Of a stretch of DNA of 64,000 nucleotides, positions 1-9,728 are shown in pieces. The translations under genes and the position numbers were made by a program. The notes under the pieces are model-generated. The model was not told the DNA's origin. It did no database searches and saw only the letters and a list, made by a program, of their open reading frames with translations. Numbering within the stretch: position 1 is the stretch's first letter; each line of letters starts with the position of its first letter. Where the stretch lies: the NCBI GenBank assembly GCA_045654405.1, contig JAZONH010000044.1, positions 56,817-120,816 on the forward strand, read 5' to 3'. The DNA is from Acutalibacteraceae bacterium. GTDB lineage: Bacteria; Bacillota; Clostridia; Oscillospirales; Acutalibacteraceae.

Positions 1-1230
1 CTTTCAACGGTTATCTGCTTCCTTCCCTACTCAGACCCAACCTCAATTTTCTATAATCAGACACTTGCCAATAACCCGACCCTTCTTTTTGCGGTGTGTA
101 TAGTAACCTACCTTATTTACTGCACAATGTACACCGCTATGAACATTCCATTCGGCTCACTGGCTTCGGTTATTACCGACGACCCCAAGGGCAGAACACT
201 TCTTTCAACATCCCGTTCATTAGGCTCAGGTGTTGGTGGTGCAGTTGTTTCGCTTATTGCACCCTTTATCATTTACGTGGGCACAGGTGTTATGGACCCC
301 GTTACAGGTAAGGAGCAGGAGGTTGCCGACGGTAATCGTATGTTCATTTACGCTCTTTTAATGGGTGTAATGTCAATTGCATTCTACCTTATAGGCCACA
401 GAAACCTTAAAGAGCGTGTGCCTGCATTCGACGAAGAAAAGGTTGATTTCAAGAAAACCTACATCGGTCTTTTCAAATCCCGTCCCTTTGTAATGATTGC
501 AATTTCGGGCGTTCTTATCAGCGGTCAGCTTCAGTTCAACTCCTTTAATACATACCTTTACAAAAACTACTTCACTGAAACAAGTCTTGGTGTTTTAGGT
601 ACTGTATGCACTTACCTTCCTATGGCGGCCTTGATGTTCTTTACACCTAAGTTAGCCGCTAAATTTGGTAAAAAAGAGCTTTGCGGCAATATGTCAATCA
701 TATCCGCCGCCGCTTCAGTTTTCCTCGCAGTTACCGCTAATAGCGAAACCTTCATCAACCTCATTAACCCCTACACAGGTGCACCCGGCACAGGAATTTA
801 TCCCGCTTGGTTGTTTATGGTTTGCCTTCTTCTCATCGGCTTCGGCTACACATTCGTAAGCCTTACCTGTTGGGCAGTTGTTATGGACGTTATCGACTAC
901 CAGGAATGGAAAACAGGCGTAAGAAACGAAAGCGCAGTTTACTCTGCATACACCTTCGGCAGACAGTTAGGTCAGGCAATTGCGGACGCAGGCGGACTTT
1001 TCCTCTTAGAGTGGGCAAAGTACGACAGTGCTACTGCAGGTAACGGCTTTATTACCGCTAACAACACAAGTAATAAAATTATGTTTATCTGCACAATTAT
1101 CCCCGCCATTGTTTACACAGGTGTGTGGCTTATCTTCAAATTCGGCTATCCCCTTACCAAGGAAAAGCTTGAGCCCATCTACAAGGACCTTCGTGAAAAG
1201 CACGAAATGGAAGAAGCCGCAAACGCATAA
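1..1230 (+). CDS. GPH/MFS-type glycoside-pentoside-hexuronide:cation symporter, 5' end outside the window
   Basis: Frame 1 is open from nt 1, with no stop before the first in-track start at 94, so the gene is cut by the window edge. The product is polytopic and hydrophobic. Its loop FGSLASVITDDPKGRTLLST is typical of MelB/YicJ-like carriers. A hairpin terminator follows. Confidence 0.7.
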   Translation, partial: LSTVICFLPYSDPTSIFYNQTLANNPTLLFAVCIVTYLIYCTMYTAMNIPFGSLASVITDDPKGRTLLSTSRSLGSGVGGAVVSLIAPFIIYVGTGVMDPVTGKEQEVADGNRMFIYALLMGVMSIAFYLIGHRNLKERVPAFDEEKVDFKKTYIGLFKSRPFVMIAISGVLISGQLQFNSFNTYLYKNYFTETSLGVLGTVCTYLPMAALMFFTPKLAAKFGKKELCGNMSIISAAASVFLAVTANSETFINLINPYTGAPGTGIYPAWLFMVCLLLIGFGYTFVSLTCWAVVMDVIDYQEWKTGVRNESAVYSAYTFGRQLGQAIADAGGLFLLEWAKYDSATAGNGFITANNTSNKIMFICTIIPAIVYTGVWLIFKFGYPLTKEKLEPIYKDLREKHEMEEAANA

Positions 1231-1241
1231 TAATTGACACT

Positions 1242-1282
1242 AAAAACCACTTCTGAGAAGAAGTGGTTTTTCTTATTTTTTA
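1242..1282 (+). terminator. Rho-independent terminator after the symporter gene
   Basis: AAAAACCACTTCT-GAGA-AGAAGTGGTTTTT perfect stem followed by a T-run (tcttatttttt). Confidence 0.85.
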
Positions 1283-1360
1283 TTGTTTTCTCTTGTTTTA
1301 AAGCACCCTTTCTGCTATACTTTATAATGTATATTTATATTAATTTTCGGAAGTGCGAAT

Positions 1361-2362
1361 ATGAACAAAAAAAGCAGAATTTTTAAACGAGCTGTATCAA
1401 TGGCTATTGCTATATGCTGTCTTGTGGGTGTTTTTGCCTTTTCTTCATGCTCTGTGTTAGAAAAGGAGTCTGCACTTACAATCAACAACACCAAAATCAG
1501 TAACGACGTTTTCACCTATTTCCTTGACCTTGCCATGGTTGAGGAGGGTACGAACGCATCCTACGAAGCCCTCGCAAACAAAGCAGCCGCACTTGCAGGC
1601 ACCTATTATAAAACCAACTCCCTTTTCCACACCTACAAGCTATCCCTTTCAACAGCCGAAAAGGCCGCAGTATCCGAAAAGGTAAATGCAGTGTGGGGTG
1701 TTTACGGCGGCTATTACACCAACATTGGCGTTACTAAGGAAACCCTTACAAAGGTTTACACCGCCGATGCATACCGCGATGCCTTGCTCGTGTATTACTA
1801 CGGCGAGGGCGGCATTGAGGAAATCCCCTTAAGCAGACTTTACGCAAACTTCAAAAGCAATTACATTGTTTTTCAGGTTATTACGGGCTATTTCACCGAA
1901 ACCGACACTGCGGGCAACACCGTAAGATTAAATAAAAACGACACGGAAACCCTTGTGCTTCAATTCCAGAATATGTCTGCAATGGTAAACGCTGGCGAGC
2001 AATCAATGGAGGAAGCCGCCGAATACCTTACACAAAGCGGCTACCCCGGCTCGGTGCAGACGGTTGTGCTTCATAAGGACGACACCTCCTCCTACCCCGA
2101 GGGCTTCTTTGAAAAAATACAGGGCATTGACACCCGCTATGGTGCAATCATTGCATCCAACGACTATATTTTCTTGGTATTAAAGGGCGAGGCGGACGTT
2201 AACAGCTCATTCTTCACCGACAAGAAAACCGAAATCATTAAAGCCCTTGTAGGCACAAGCATCGATGACACTATTGAAGCCGCCTACACCCTTGACGTAA
2301 AAATTTCTCATTCCACGGCAAAGGGCTATTACTCACTGATTATTGAAGAAAAGGGTGCATAA
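1361..2362 (+). CDS. Putative lipoprotein, function unknown
   Basis: 333-aa ORF. N-terminal signal peptide with a lipobox-like FSSC (AICCLVGVFAFSSCSV). No catalytic motif recognised. Confidence 0.6.
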   Translation: MNKKSRIFKRAVSMAIAICCLVGVFAFSSCSVLEKESALTINNTKISNDVFTYFLDLAMVEEGTNASYEALANKAAALAGTYYKTNSLFHTYKLSLSTAEKAAVSEKVNAVWGVYGGYYTNIGVTKETLTKVYTADAYRDALLVYYYGEGGIEEIPLSRLYANFKSNYIVFQVITGYFTETDTAGNTVRLNKNDTETLVLQFQNMSAMVNAGEQSMEEAAEYLTQSGYPGSVQTVVLHKDDTSSYPEGFFEKIQGIDTRYGAIIASNDYIFLVLKGEADVNSSFFTDKKTEIIKALVGTSIDDTIEAAYTLDVKISHSTAKGYYSLIIEEKGA

Positions 2363-2363
2363 T

Positions 2364-2903
2364 ATGAATCCCGTTATTGAAAATATATTGTCACGACAAA
2401 CCATAAGGGAATATACCGACCAACAGATTCCCAACGAGCTGCTTGACATAATTCTCGAATGTGCTATTCGTGCACCAAGCGGCAGAAACACTCAGCCCTG
2501 CCATTTAAGGGTGCTGCAGAATCGCGAAAAGCTCGAGGAAATGAACAAGGATTTCAAAGATATTGTCGGCTGGGATACCCCTGCCTACACAGGGTGGGAT
2601 ATACGTCCCGTTTATCACAACGCCCCCACGTTTATTTTCATTTTTGCTAAGGATAAATCCGATATGGCGGCGGGTCTTATGGCAGAAAACATTGCACTTG
2701 CGGCACATTCGCTCGGGCTTGGCTCGTGTATGATAGGCTCATTGGGTGGGCTTTTTGATAATCCCGAGGGTGCCGAAAAATGGAAGAAAATATTGGACGT
2801 GCCTCAGGACTGGTGCTTCTTACTCGGTCTGACCATCGGCTACCCTAATGAGAAGCCCCCCTTTAAGGACAGAGAAGACGGACACATTAAATTTATCGGA
2901 TAA
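2364..2903 (+). CDS. Nitroreductase-family oxidoreductase
   Basis: The ATG at 2364 follows AAAGGGTG and lies just after the upstream stop (2360-2362). Motifs RQTIREYTD and RAPSGRNTQP are typical of the FMN nitroreductase fold. Confidence 0.8.
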   Translation: MNPVIENILSRQTIREYTDQQIPNELLDIILECAIRAPSGRNTQPCHLRVLQNREKLEEMNKDFKDIVGWDTPAYTGWDIRPVYHNAPTFIFIFAKDKSDMAAGLMAENIALAAHSLGLGSCMIGSLGGLFDNPEGAEKWKKILDVPQDWCFLLGLTIGYPNEKPPFKDREDGHIKFIG

Positions 2904-2911
2904 GGATATTT

Positions 2912-4780
2912 ATGAATTATTTTGCAGGAAATTATGACGTTGCGGTAATCGGTGCAGGTCACGCAGGCATCGAGGCCGCTTTAGCAAGTGCAAGGCTCGG
3001 TGCATCAACGGTTGTTTTCACCGTAAACCTTGACTGGATAGGCAATATGGCTTGTAACCCCTCCATAGGCGGCACGTCTAAGGGACATCTTGTACGTGAA
3101 ATAGATGCCCTTGGCGGTGAAATGGGTAAGGCGGCGGACAAAACCCTTATTCAGAGCCGAATTTTAAATCTTGGCAAGGGCCCTGCGGTGCATTCGTTAC
3201 GCGCACAAATTGACCGTAGAGAATACACGCAATATATGAAGCATTGTCTTGAAATGCAGGACAATCTTGATATGAAGCAGGCAGAAATCATATCACTTAA
3301 AAAGAATGATGACGGCTTGTGGGAATTCACCACTATGCTTGAAGCCACCTACACCGCAAAATGCGTTGTTATTGCCACGGGCACCTTCCTTAAGGGCAAG
3401 GTCTTTGTGGGTGACGTTTCATACGAAAGCGGTCCCGACGGTATGTTCCCCTCAAACAAGCTTTCAGATTCACTTAACGAGCTCTCAGTTCCCTTAAGAA
3501 GATTCAAAACAGGTACCCCTCCCCGTGTTAACAAGCGTAGCGTTGATTATACGGGACTTGAGGAGCAGATAGGCGACGAGGAAATTACACCCTTTTCATT
3601 CGAAACCCCCGAGGGTGCTCTTGAAAATAAGGCCATATGCCACATTACATACACCAACGCAGACACCAAGCAGGTTATTCTTGATAACCTTCACCGTTCC
3701 CCCCTTTATTCACACAAAATTGAGGGTGTGGGACCCCGTTATTGCCCCAGTATTGAGGATAAAATCGTCCGCTTTGCCGAAAAGGGCAGGCACCAGGTTT
3801 TCATTGAGCCCTGCGGTCTTGATACGGAGGAGCTTTATTTACAGGGGCTTTCATCATCACTGCCCGAGGACGTGCAGCTTAAAATACTTAAGAGCATAAA
3901 GGGTCTTGAAAACGTTAAGGTTATGCGTAACGCATACGCCATTGAATACGATTGTGTTGACCCCCTTGCATTAAAATCCACCCTTGAATTTACAAATCTT
4001 GAGGGACTTTACGGTGCGGGTCAGTTTAACGGCTCGTCAGGCTACGAGGAGGCAGCAGCACAGGGTCTTATTGCGGGTATTAATGCCGCGCGTAAAACAC
4101 AGGGCAAGGAGCCATTTACCCTTGACCGAAGCACGTCATATATCGGTACACTTATCGACGACCTTGTAACAAAGGGCTGCCGTGACCCGTACAGAATGAT
4201 GACCTCACGAAGCGAATACAGGCTTATCCTCAGAGAGGATAATGCGGATTTACGTCTTACTGAAATGGGCTATGAGTTAGGGCTTATTTCGCAGGAGCGC
4301 TACGACAGGCTTCAGGAGAAAAAACGACTTATTGAAGAGGAAACCGAAAGAGTTTCAAAAATTACCATCCCCCCCTCAGAAGAGCTTTCAAGAGTTTTAG
4401 AGGAGGCAGGCACTGCACCCACCATAACCGGCTGCAGACTTTCGGAGCTTATAAAGAGACCCCAGCTTTCATACAAGCTTCTGACACCCTTTGACAAGCA
4501 CCGCCCCGATTTACCCCGCGAGGTATTCGAGCAGGTTGAAATCAACCTTAAGTATGCGGGCTACATAAAGCGTCAGCTTGCACAGGTTGAGGAATTAAAA
4601 AGGCTTGAGGTTAAAAAAATACCTGCGGACATTGATTATGACAAGCTCACCAATCTTCGTCTTGAGGCTATTGAAAAGCTTAAAAAGACCCGCCCCGAAA
4701 CCATCGGGCAGGCATCAAGAATCAGCGGTGTTTCCCCTGCGGATATAGCGGTGCTTCTTATTCACTTGAAATCAAACTAA
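2912..4780 (+). CDS. mnmG: tRNA uridine-5-carboxymethylaminomethyl modification enzyme MnmG (GidA)
   Basis: 622 aa. N-terminal FAD dinucleotide fold YDVAVIGAGHAGIEAA. Conserved GQFNGSSGYEEAAAQG and the C-terminal GQASRISGVSPADI signature. Confidence 0.95.
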   Translation: MNYFAGNYDVAVIGAGHAGIEAALASARLGASTVVFTVNLDWIGNMACNPSIGGTSKGHLVREIDALGGEMGKAADKTLIQSRILNLGKGPAVHSLRAQIDRREYTQYMKHCLEMQDNLDMKQAEIISLKKNDDGLWEFTTMLEATYTAKCVVIATGTFLKGKVFVGDVSYESGPDGMFPSNKLSDSLNELSVPLRRFKTGTPPRVNKRSVDYTGLEEQIGDEEITPFSFETPEGALENKAICHITYTNADTKQVILDNLHRSPLYSHKIEGVGPRYCPSIEDKIVRFAEKGRHQVFIEPCGLDTEELYLQGLSSSLPEDVQLKILKSIKGLENVKVMRNAYAIEYDCVDPLALKSTLEFTNLEGLYGAGQFNGSSGYEEAAAQGLIAGINAARKTQGKEPFTLDRSTSYIGTLIDDLVTKGCRDPYRMMTSRSEYRLILREDNADLRLTEMGYELGLISQERYDRLQEKKRLIEEETERVSKITIPPSEELSRVLEEAGTAPTITGCRLSELIKRPQLSYKLLTPFDKHRPDLPREVFEQVEINLKYAGYIKRQLAQVEELKRLEVKKIPADIDYDKLTNLRLEAIEKLKKTRPETIGQASRISGVSPADIAVLLIHLKSN

Positions 4781-4793
4781 AGGAGAGAATATT

Positions 4794-6518
4794 ATGATAC
4801 CAAGAAACGAACATCCCAACCCGGGATTTTATCGCGACAGCTACATTAACCTTAACGGTGAATGGGATTTTGACTTTGACTTCGGCAACTCAGGCGAAGA
4901 ACAGAAATTCCATTTAAACGAGCATAAGCTCAGCAAAAAAATCACTGTTCCCTTCTGCGTTGAAAGTGAATTATCAGGCATCGGCTACAAGGATTTTATT
5001 CCTGCAGTATGGTACAAAAAAACCGTTAATATAACCGAAGAACAGCTTTCGGGTAAGGCATTCATCGTTTTCGGCGCAGTTGATTTCCACGCAAGAGTTT
5101 TTGTTAACGGCGCCTTTGCAGGCGAGCACTTCGGCGGCTACACATCCTTCAGAATTGATGCAACAAAGCACCTTGTTGCAGGCGACAATATTATTGCGGT
5201 TTACGTGCAGGATGACACACGCTCACCCTTACAGGCACGCGGCAAACAGAGTGAGCTTGTATATTCACACGACTGCGACTACACAAGAACAACCGGTATC
5301 TGGCAGACAGTTTACATGGAATTCTGCCCTGTGAACTACATTAAAAGCTTTAAAGTTTTCCCCAATATTGATACTGCAACCATTACAATTACCGCAGAAA
5401 TCGAAGGCAATGGTGAATTTTCTGCTGTCGCTTATTGGGACAAAAAAGAAGTTGGTTCAATTACAACTCCTACCACCGGTCAAACAGTAACAGTAACCCT
5501 TCCTCTTACAGAAAAACACCTTTGGGAGGTTGGTAAGGGCGGTATTTACAGCCTTAAGCTTAACTTCGGTGGCGATGAGGTTACAAGCTACTTCGGTCTT
5601 CGCGAAGTAAAGCTTACTCCCGACAAGGGCATCACCATCAACGGCGAAGCTGTTTTCCAAAGACTTGTGCTTGACCAGGGCTTCTATCCCGACGGTATCT
5701 ACACCGCACCCACCAAGGAAGCTCTTAAGAACGATATCCTTCTTTCAATGAAGGTGGGCTTCAACGGTGCAAGACTTCATCAGAAAATTTTTGAACCTCT
5801 TTTCTTACACTATTGCGATGAATTAGGTTATCTCGTATGGGGTGAACACGGCAACTGGGGTGCTGACCATTCCAACTTCGAATCACTCCGTTACTTCTTA
5901 CTTGAAATTGAAGAAGAAATTGAAAGAGATTTCAATCATCCCTCTTTAATCGGTTGGTGTCCCTACAACGAAACATGGGACGTAAACGGAAGAAAGCAGG
6001 ACGACGACGTTATTAAAATCGTTTATCGTACCGTAAAAAACCTTGACAAAACACGTCCCTGCATCGACACAAGCGGTAACTATCACGTAGAAACTGATAT
6101 TTATGATATCCACAACTACGACCAGGATTACAACAAATTTAAAGCTGATTACGATAAACTCATAAATGAAAATGTTCTTTTCGACCACCAGGGACATCGT
6201 CAGAATTGGAACGGTGAACCCGTATTTATGAGTGAATACGGCGGCATCAGAGTTGAGCTGAGAAACGCTGAGGAAAATGACCGTGAAAAAGCATGGGGCT
6301 ACGGCAACGCCGCAACGTCACTTGAGGAATTCTACGAAAGATACGATGGTCTTACCACCACACTTATCGACAACCCCAAGATGATCGGCTTCTGCTACAC
6401 CCAGCTTACCGACGTTGAACAGGAGCTTAACGGTGTTTACCGTTACGACAGAAGCGAAAAATTCGATTCTGAAATCCTTTACAAAATCAACACAAAGAAA
6501 GCCGCTATTGAGGAATAA
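4794..6518 (+). CDS. Glycoside hydrolase family 2 protein (beta-galactosidase/glucuronidase-like)
   Basis: 574 aa. Acid/base region NHPSLIGWCPYNET and nucleophile region FMSEYGG match the GH2 pattern (NHPS..W...NE / .EYG). N-terminal sugar-binding-like beta domain. Confidence 0.7.
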   Translation: MIPRNEHPNPGFYRDSYINLNGEWDFDFDFGNSGEEQKFHLNEHKLSKKITVPFCVESELSGIGYKDFIPAVWYKKTVNITEEQLSGKAFIVFGAVDFHARVFVNGAFAGEHFGGYTSFRIDATKHLVAGDNIIAVYVQDDTRSPLQARGKQSELVYSHDCDYTRTTGIWQTVYMEFCPVNYIKSFKVFPNIDTATITITAEIEGNGEFSAVAYWDKKEVGSITTPTTGQTVTVTLPLTEKHLWEVGKGGIYSLKLNFGGDEVTSYFGLREVKLTPDKGITINGEAVFQRLVLDQGFYPDGIYTAPTKEALKNDILLSMKVGFNGARLHQKIFEPLFLHYCDELGYLVWGEHGNWGADHSNFESLRYFLLEIEEEIERDFNHPSLIGWCPYNETWDVNGRKQDDDVIKIVYRTVKNLDKTRPCIDTSGNYHVETDIYDIHNYDQDYNKFKADYDKLINENVLFDHQGHRQNWNGEPVFMSEYGGIRVELRNAEENDREKAWGYGNAATSLEEFYERYDGLTTTLIDNPKMIGFCYTQLTDVEQELNGVYRYDRSEKFDSEILYKINTKKAAIEE

Positions 6519-6522
6519 AAAT

Positions 6523-6553
6523 CCCCCCGATTCTCCACAAGGAGCATCGGGGG
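6523..6553. terminator. Hairpin terminator between the GH2 gene and a small minus-strand ORF
   Basis: CCCCCGAT (6524-6531) pairs with ATCGGGGG (6546-6553), with an inner CTCC-ACAA-GGAG stem. The T-tail is weak. Confidence 0.55.
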
Positions 6554-6694
6554 TTATTCTTGGTCGCCCTCAATATAAATTTCTTCCGCACTGATTTGTG
6601 CCTGTTTTAAAATTTCATCTGCTTCTGTTTTTGTTTGGCAATCCAACGCATCTGTTATCGCGTTAAACAAAAGCAAATACATCTTTTTATACAT
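6554..6694 (-). CDS. Possible small ORF (46 aa), unknown function
   Basis: Below the 60-aa track cutoff. ATG preceded by GAGGTGATGAA. Translation MYKKMYLLLFNAITDALDCQTKTEADEILKQAQISAEEIYIEGDQE. Divergent from the XRE gene. Confidence 0.3.
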   Translation of the reverse strand: MYKKMYLLLFNAITDALDCQTKTEADEILKQAQISAEEIYIEGDQE

Positions 6695-6716
6695 TTCATC
6701 ACCTCAAAGGTATGTT

Positions 6717-6757
6717 TATCCCTATTCGGGATATTTTAATTATACCAATTCGGTATA
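6717..6757. promoter_or_regulatory. Two related 17-bp palindromes, a candidate operator pair for the XRE regulator
   Basis: TATCCCTATTCGGGATA (6717-6733) and TATACCAATTCGGTATA (6741-6757), 24 bp centre to centre. The second overlaps a TATAAT (6754-6759) that lies 18 nt before the ATG at 6777. Confidence 0.45.
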
Positions 6758-6776
6758 ATTATGTCAAGGTGATTGT

Positions 6777-6980
6777 ATGAGATTAAAAGAATTGCGTAAG
6801 CAACGCAACATAACACAGCTTAAGCTGGCAATGGATTTGGGGCTTAACCAGAACACTATCAGCCGCTATGAAACCGGCGACCACGAAGCTGACTACAAAA
6901 CCCTTATCCTTATTGCAGATTATTTTAATGTATCAATCGACTACCTTTTAGGAAGAACCGATAACCCCGAAAGAAAATAA
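6777..6980 (+). CDS. XRE-family helix-turn-helix transcriptional regulator
   Basis: 67 aa. MRLKELRKQRNITQLKLAMDLGLNQNTISRYETG is a classic Cro/C1-type HTH. Confidence 0.85.
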   Translation: MRLKELRKQRNITQLKLAMDLGLNQNTISRYETGDHEADYKTLILIADYFNVSIDYLLGRTDNPERK

Positions 6981-7027
6981 AACTGACACTCTCTATTAAC
7001 CATAGCGAATGTCAGTTTTTTTATTTT
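6981..7027. terminator. Bidirectional hairpin terminator
   Basis: ACTGACA ... TGTCAGT stem flanked by an A-run and a T-run (tgtcagttttttt). It sits between convergent genes. Confidence 0.6.
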
Positions 7028-7953
7028 TATCTTACGATTTTTTCGCCGTCAAATACGATGATACCGTGTCCGCTGCCTGTTTTGCCGCCGTTTGTTACAA
7101 CGTGGTCCTTAAACGCCTTACGCAAGGAATTGTCTGCGGGCCAGTTCTTAGGTCTGCCAAAGCCTGCCTTACCAAAGATACGCCATGCATCTGTAAATAC
7201 AGCCTTTTCGTTTTGTTTAACCAATTCAAAGTCACCAATAAACTTAAGGATGTTTGACTTAGCGGGCAAGAACTCTTTGTAGCCGTCCCACAAAAGCCAT
7301 GAGCCACACTCAAAAATCATTAAGCCGTCCTCTCGGCGGAAGTCCTTGAAGAATTCGTAAGCCTTTTTATAAGAGTCAAGGCGAACGTCATCGGTAAGGG
7401 GCACACCTGATGAGGGAATGTGGAAGCCAAGGGTTTTATCACCACGCTTGATTGTCACACCTGCGGATGTTGTGAATTCATCGCACACACCGAAGGTTGA
7501 GTGCTCGTACTGGAATCTGCCAAGGCTGAAGCGCTTAAGTGCATAGAAATCGGTATTCCAGCCTGCAACGAAGGTGCCGTAAACCTCCTTACAATCAACA
7601 CATTCAATAAACTTATATTTTAAGTCCATAATTGTGTTGCGGAAAAGCTCCTCGCTAAGACCCGCCTCTTTATATCTTTCGTGCATAATTTCAGACATAA
7701 TAACAAGCATAACAAAATCAAAGGTGTAGTGCTTAACACCGTGGCGCATTGCCACAAACTTGGTTTTTGCAAAAAGCTCGCCAAAGCTATGTGCTTCGGG
7801 ATACATATGCTGCTTTACTAAGGCATCAACCCTTGCACTGAAGCTTTTGCTTTTGTCAATTTTTTCGGCAGTTTTGCAAAAAACCTCAACCGCTTCCTCG
7901 GGAAGCTCAAGTATTGCAAGAATTTCTCTGAAATGTTCGTTTAAATAACTCAT
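7027..7953 (-). CDS. Conserved hypothetical protein, possibly of the DUF5596 / GNAT-like acyltransferase-domain type
   Basis: 308-aa ORF with a good coding look. The family assignment is from memory of similar Firmicutes proteins and is not verifiable here. Confidence 0.45.
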   Translation of the reverse strand: MSYLNEHFREILAILELPEEAVEVFCKTAEKIDKSKSFSARVDALVKQHMYPEAHSFGELFAKTKFVAMRHGVKHYTFDFVMLVIMSEIMHERYKEAGLSEELFRNTIMDLKYKFIECVDCKEVYGTFVAGWNTDFYALKRFSLGRFQYEHSTFGVCDEFTTSAGVTIKRGDKTLGFHIPSSGVPLTDDVRLDSYKKAYEFFKDFRREDGLMIFECGSWLLWDGYKEFLPAKSNILKFIGDFELVKQNEKAVFTDAWRIFGKAGFGRPKNWPADNSLRKAFKDHVVTNGGKTGSGHGIIVFDGEKIVR

Positions 7954-7966
7954 TTTTTCTATCCCC

Positions 7967-9325
7967 TTAGTTTCTTAAGCTGTTAAGCGGAGCAGGAATT
8001 CTGCCGCCGCGGTTTATAAAGTCAAAGCTACCCTCGCCGTGCACAGGCATAACGGGTGCCGTGCCGAGAAGTCCGCCCATTTCAATGGAATCGCCAACCT
8101 TTTTGCCGGGTGCGGGAATAATTCTGACTGCTGTTGTTTTAGAGTTAATCATACCGATTGCGGCTTCATCCGCAATAATTGCCGCAATTGTTTCGGCACT
8201 TGTGTCACCGGGTACTGCAATCATATCAAGACCAACGGAGCATACGCAGGTCATAGCCTCAAGCTTATCGAGTGTAAGCACACCCTTTTCGGCGGCGGCA
8301 ATCATACCCTCGTCCTCGGACACGGGAATAAATGCACCGGAAAGACCGCCAACGCTTGATGATGCCATAACACCGCCTTTTTTAACTGCGTCGTTAAGCA
8401 TTGCAAGTGCGGCAGTTGTGCCGTGTGTGCCGCAAACGCTTACGCCGATTTCTTCAAGTATTCTTGCAACAGAGTCACCAATTGCGGGAGTGGGCGCAAG
8501 GCTCAAATCCACGATGCCGAACTCGGCACCAAGTCTGCTTGAAGCCTCGCAGGCAATAAGCTGACCCATACGTGTAATTTTAAATGCAGTTTTCTTGATG
8601 GTTTCTGCCACAACGTCAAAGGGTTCACCCTTTACCTTCTTAAGTGCGTTGTAAACAACACCGGGGCCGGAAACACCAACGTTAATGGCACATTCGGGCT
8701 CGCCCACGCCGTGGAAGGCACCTGCCATAAAGGGGTTATCCTCAACCGCATTGCAGAAAACAACAAGCTTTGCACAACCGAATCCGTCACGGACGGCGGT
8801 AATAAGGGCGGTCCTTTTAATGGTTTCACCCATAAGCTTAACCGCATCCATATTAATACCCGCCTTTGTTGAGCCCACGTTTACTGATGAGCACACAAAA
8901 TCGGTTGTTGCCAACGCCTCTGGAATTGAATTTATAAGGCGACGGTCACCAATGGTGAAGCCCTTTTGCACAAGGGCGGAAAAGCCGCCGATAAAGTTAA
9001 CACCGCAGGTCTTTGCCGCATCGTCCATAGCCTTAGCGAAGATTGTGTAATCCTCGGTTTCACAGCTTTCTGCCGCAATGGCGATGGGGGTTACGGATAT
9101 ACGCTTATTGATAATGGGGATACCCATTTCCTTTTCGATATCCTCACCTGTTTTCACAAGGTTTTCGGCATATTTTGTAATTTTATCATACATCTTAGTA
9201 GCGCATACCTTGGGGTCGGGATGCGCACAATTACGCAACGAAATACCCATAGTAATGGTGCGTATATCAAGATGCTGATCATCTATCATATTAAGTGTTT
9301 CAAGAATTTCGTGTTGGTTAAGCAT
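7967..9325 (-). CDS. UPF0210 (DUF711) PFL-like family protein
   Basis: 452 aa. The N-terminus [24 protein letters not shown] is characteristic of UPF0210. It is paired with the ACT-domain gene upstream, as in many Firmicutes. Confidence 0.85.
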   Translation of the reverse strand: MLNQHEILETLNMIDDQHLDIRTITMGISLRNCAHPDPKVCATKMYDKITKYAENLVKTGEDIEKEMGIPIINKRISVTPIAIAAESCETEDYTIFAKAMDDAAKTCGVNFIGGFSALVQKGFTIGDRRLINSIPEALATTDFVCSSVNVGSTKAGINMDAVKLMGETIKRTALITAVRDGFGCAKLVVFCNAVEDNPFMAGAFHGVGEPECAINVGVSGPGVVYNALKKVKGEPFDVVAETIKKTAFKITRMGQLIACEASSRLGAEFGIVDLSLAPTPAIGDSVARILEEIGVSVCGTHGTTAALAMLNDAVKKGGVMASSSVGGLSGAFIPVSEDEGMIAAAEKGVLTLDKLEAMTCVCSVGLDMIAVPGDTSAETIAAIIADEAAIGMINSKTTAVRIIPAPGKKVGDSIEMGGLLGTAPVMPVHGEGSFDFINRGGRIPAPLNSLRN

Positions 9326-9333
9326 AGTCCACC

Positions 9334-9603
9334 TCAGATTCTGTGCATTGCTTCAAAAATGTCTTCACGCTGAATACGGATGTTAACGCCAAGGCGCTGA
9401 CCCTCTGCATCAAGGGCATCAACAATCTCAGAATAGCTGACGTTTGCCTCTTTAACGTCAACAAGCATATTCATAGTAAACATATTCTGCATAACAGTCT
9501 GGCTGATATCAAGAATGTTTACGTTGATTTTTTGCAAAACAACACAAACACCCGCCATAATACCAACTTTATCCTTACCTACAACGGTAATAATTGCGTT
9601 CAT
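9334..9603 (-). CDS. ACT-domain protein (UPF0237 family)
   Basis: Start chosen at the ATG at 9603 ([19 protein letters not shown]), preceded by GAGAGGT. 8 nt from the UPF0210 gene. Confidence 0.8.
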   Translation of the reverse strand: MNAIITVVGKDKVGIMAGVCVVLQKINVNILDISQTVMQNMFTMNMLVDVKEANVSYSEIVDALDAEGQRLGVNIRIQREDIFEAMHRI

Positions 9604-9676
9604 AGAATCTCTACCTCTCATACCATATATATAAGAGCATTTTAACACACTGATATTGATAATACAACAATATAAT

Positions 9677-9714
9677 AAAAAAAATTCGGTACACCCCCGC
9701 AGGAGTGTACCGAT
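9677..9714 (-). terminator. Rho-independent terminator of the PHP-domain gene
   Basis: On the minus strand, TCGGTACAC-TCCTGCGGGG-GTGTACCGA is followed by TTTTTTTT. Confidence 0.75.
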
Positions 9715-9728
9715 TATTTAAAGATTAA

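Noticed and set aside
2912-4780. Using mnmG (gidA) as a marker for the replication origin
   Set aside because: There is no dnaA, dnaN, rsmG, mnmE, jag/yidC or rnpA nearby and no DnaA-box cluster. The only perfect TTATCCACA I noticed (39478-39486) is isolated inside the giant coding region.
6554-6980. Toxin-antitoxin or prophage immunity module (XRE plus a small ORF)
   Set aside because: The genes are divergent rather than in an operon. The small product has no recognisable toxin features. No phage, integrase or other mobile genes flank them.
8061-8564. Long antisense or alternative-frame ORFs in the track (also 15678-16088, 21073-21624, 26122-26673, 32613-33056, 52630-53082 and others)
   Set aside because: All are nested in, or antisense to, well-supported genes. 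They have skewed low-complexity compositions and lack an RBS. They are shadow ORFs.
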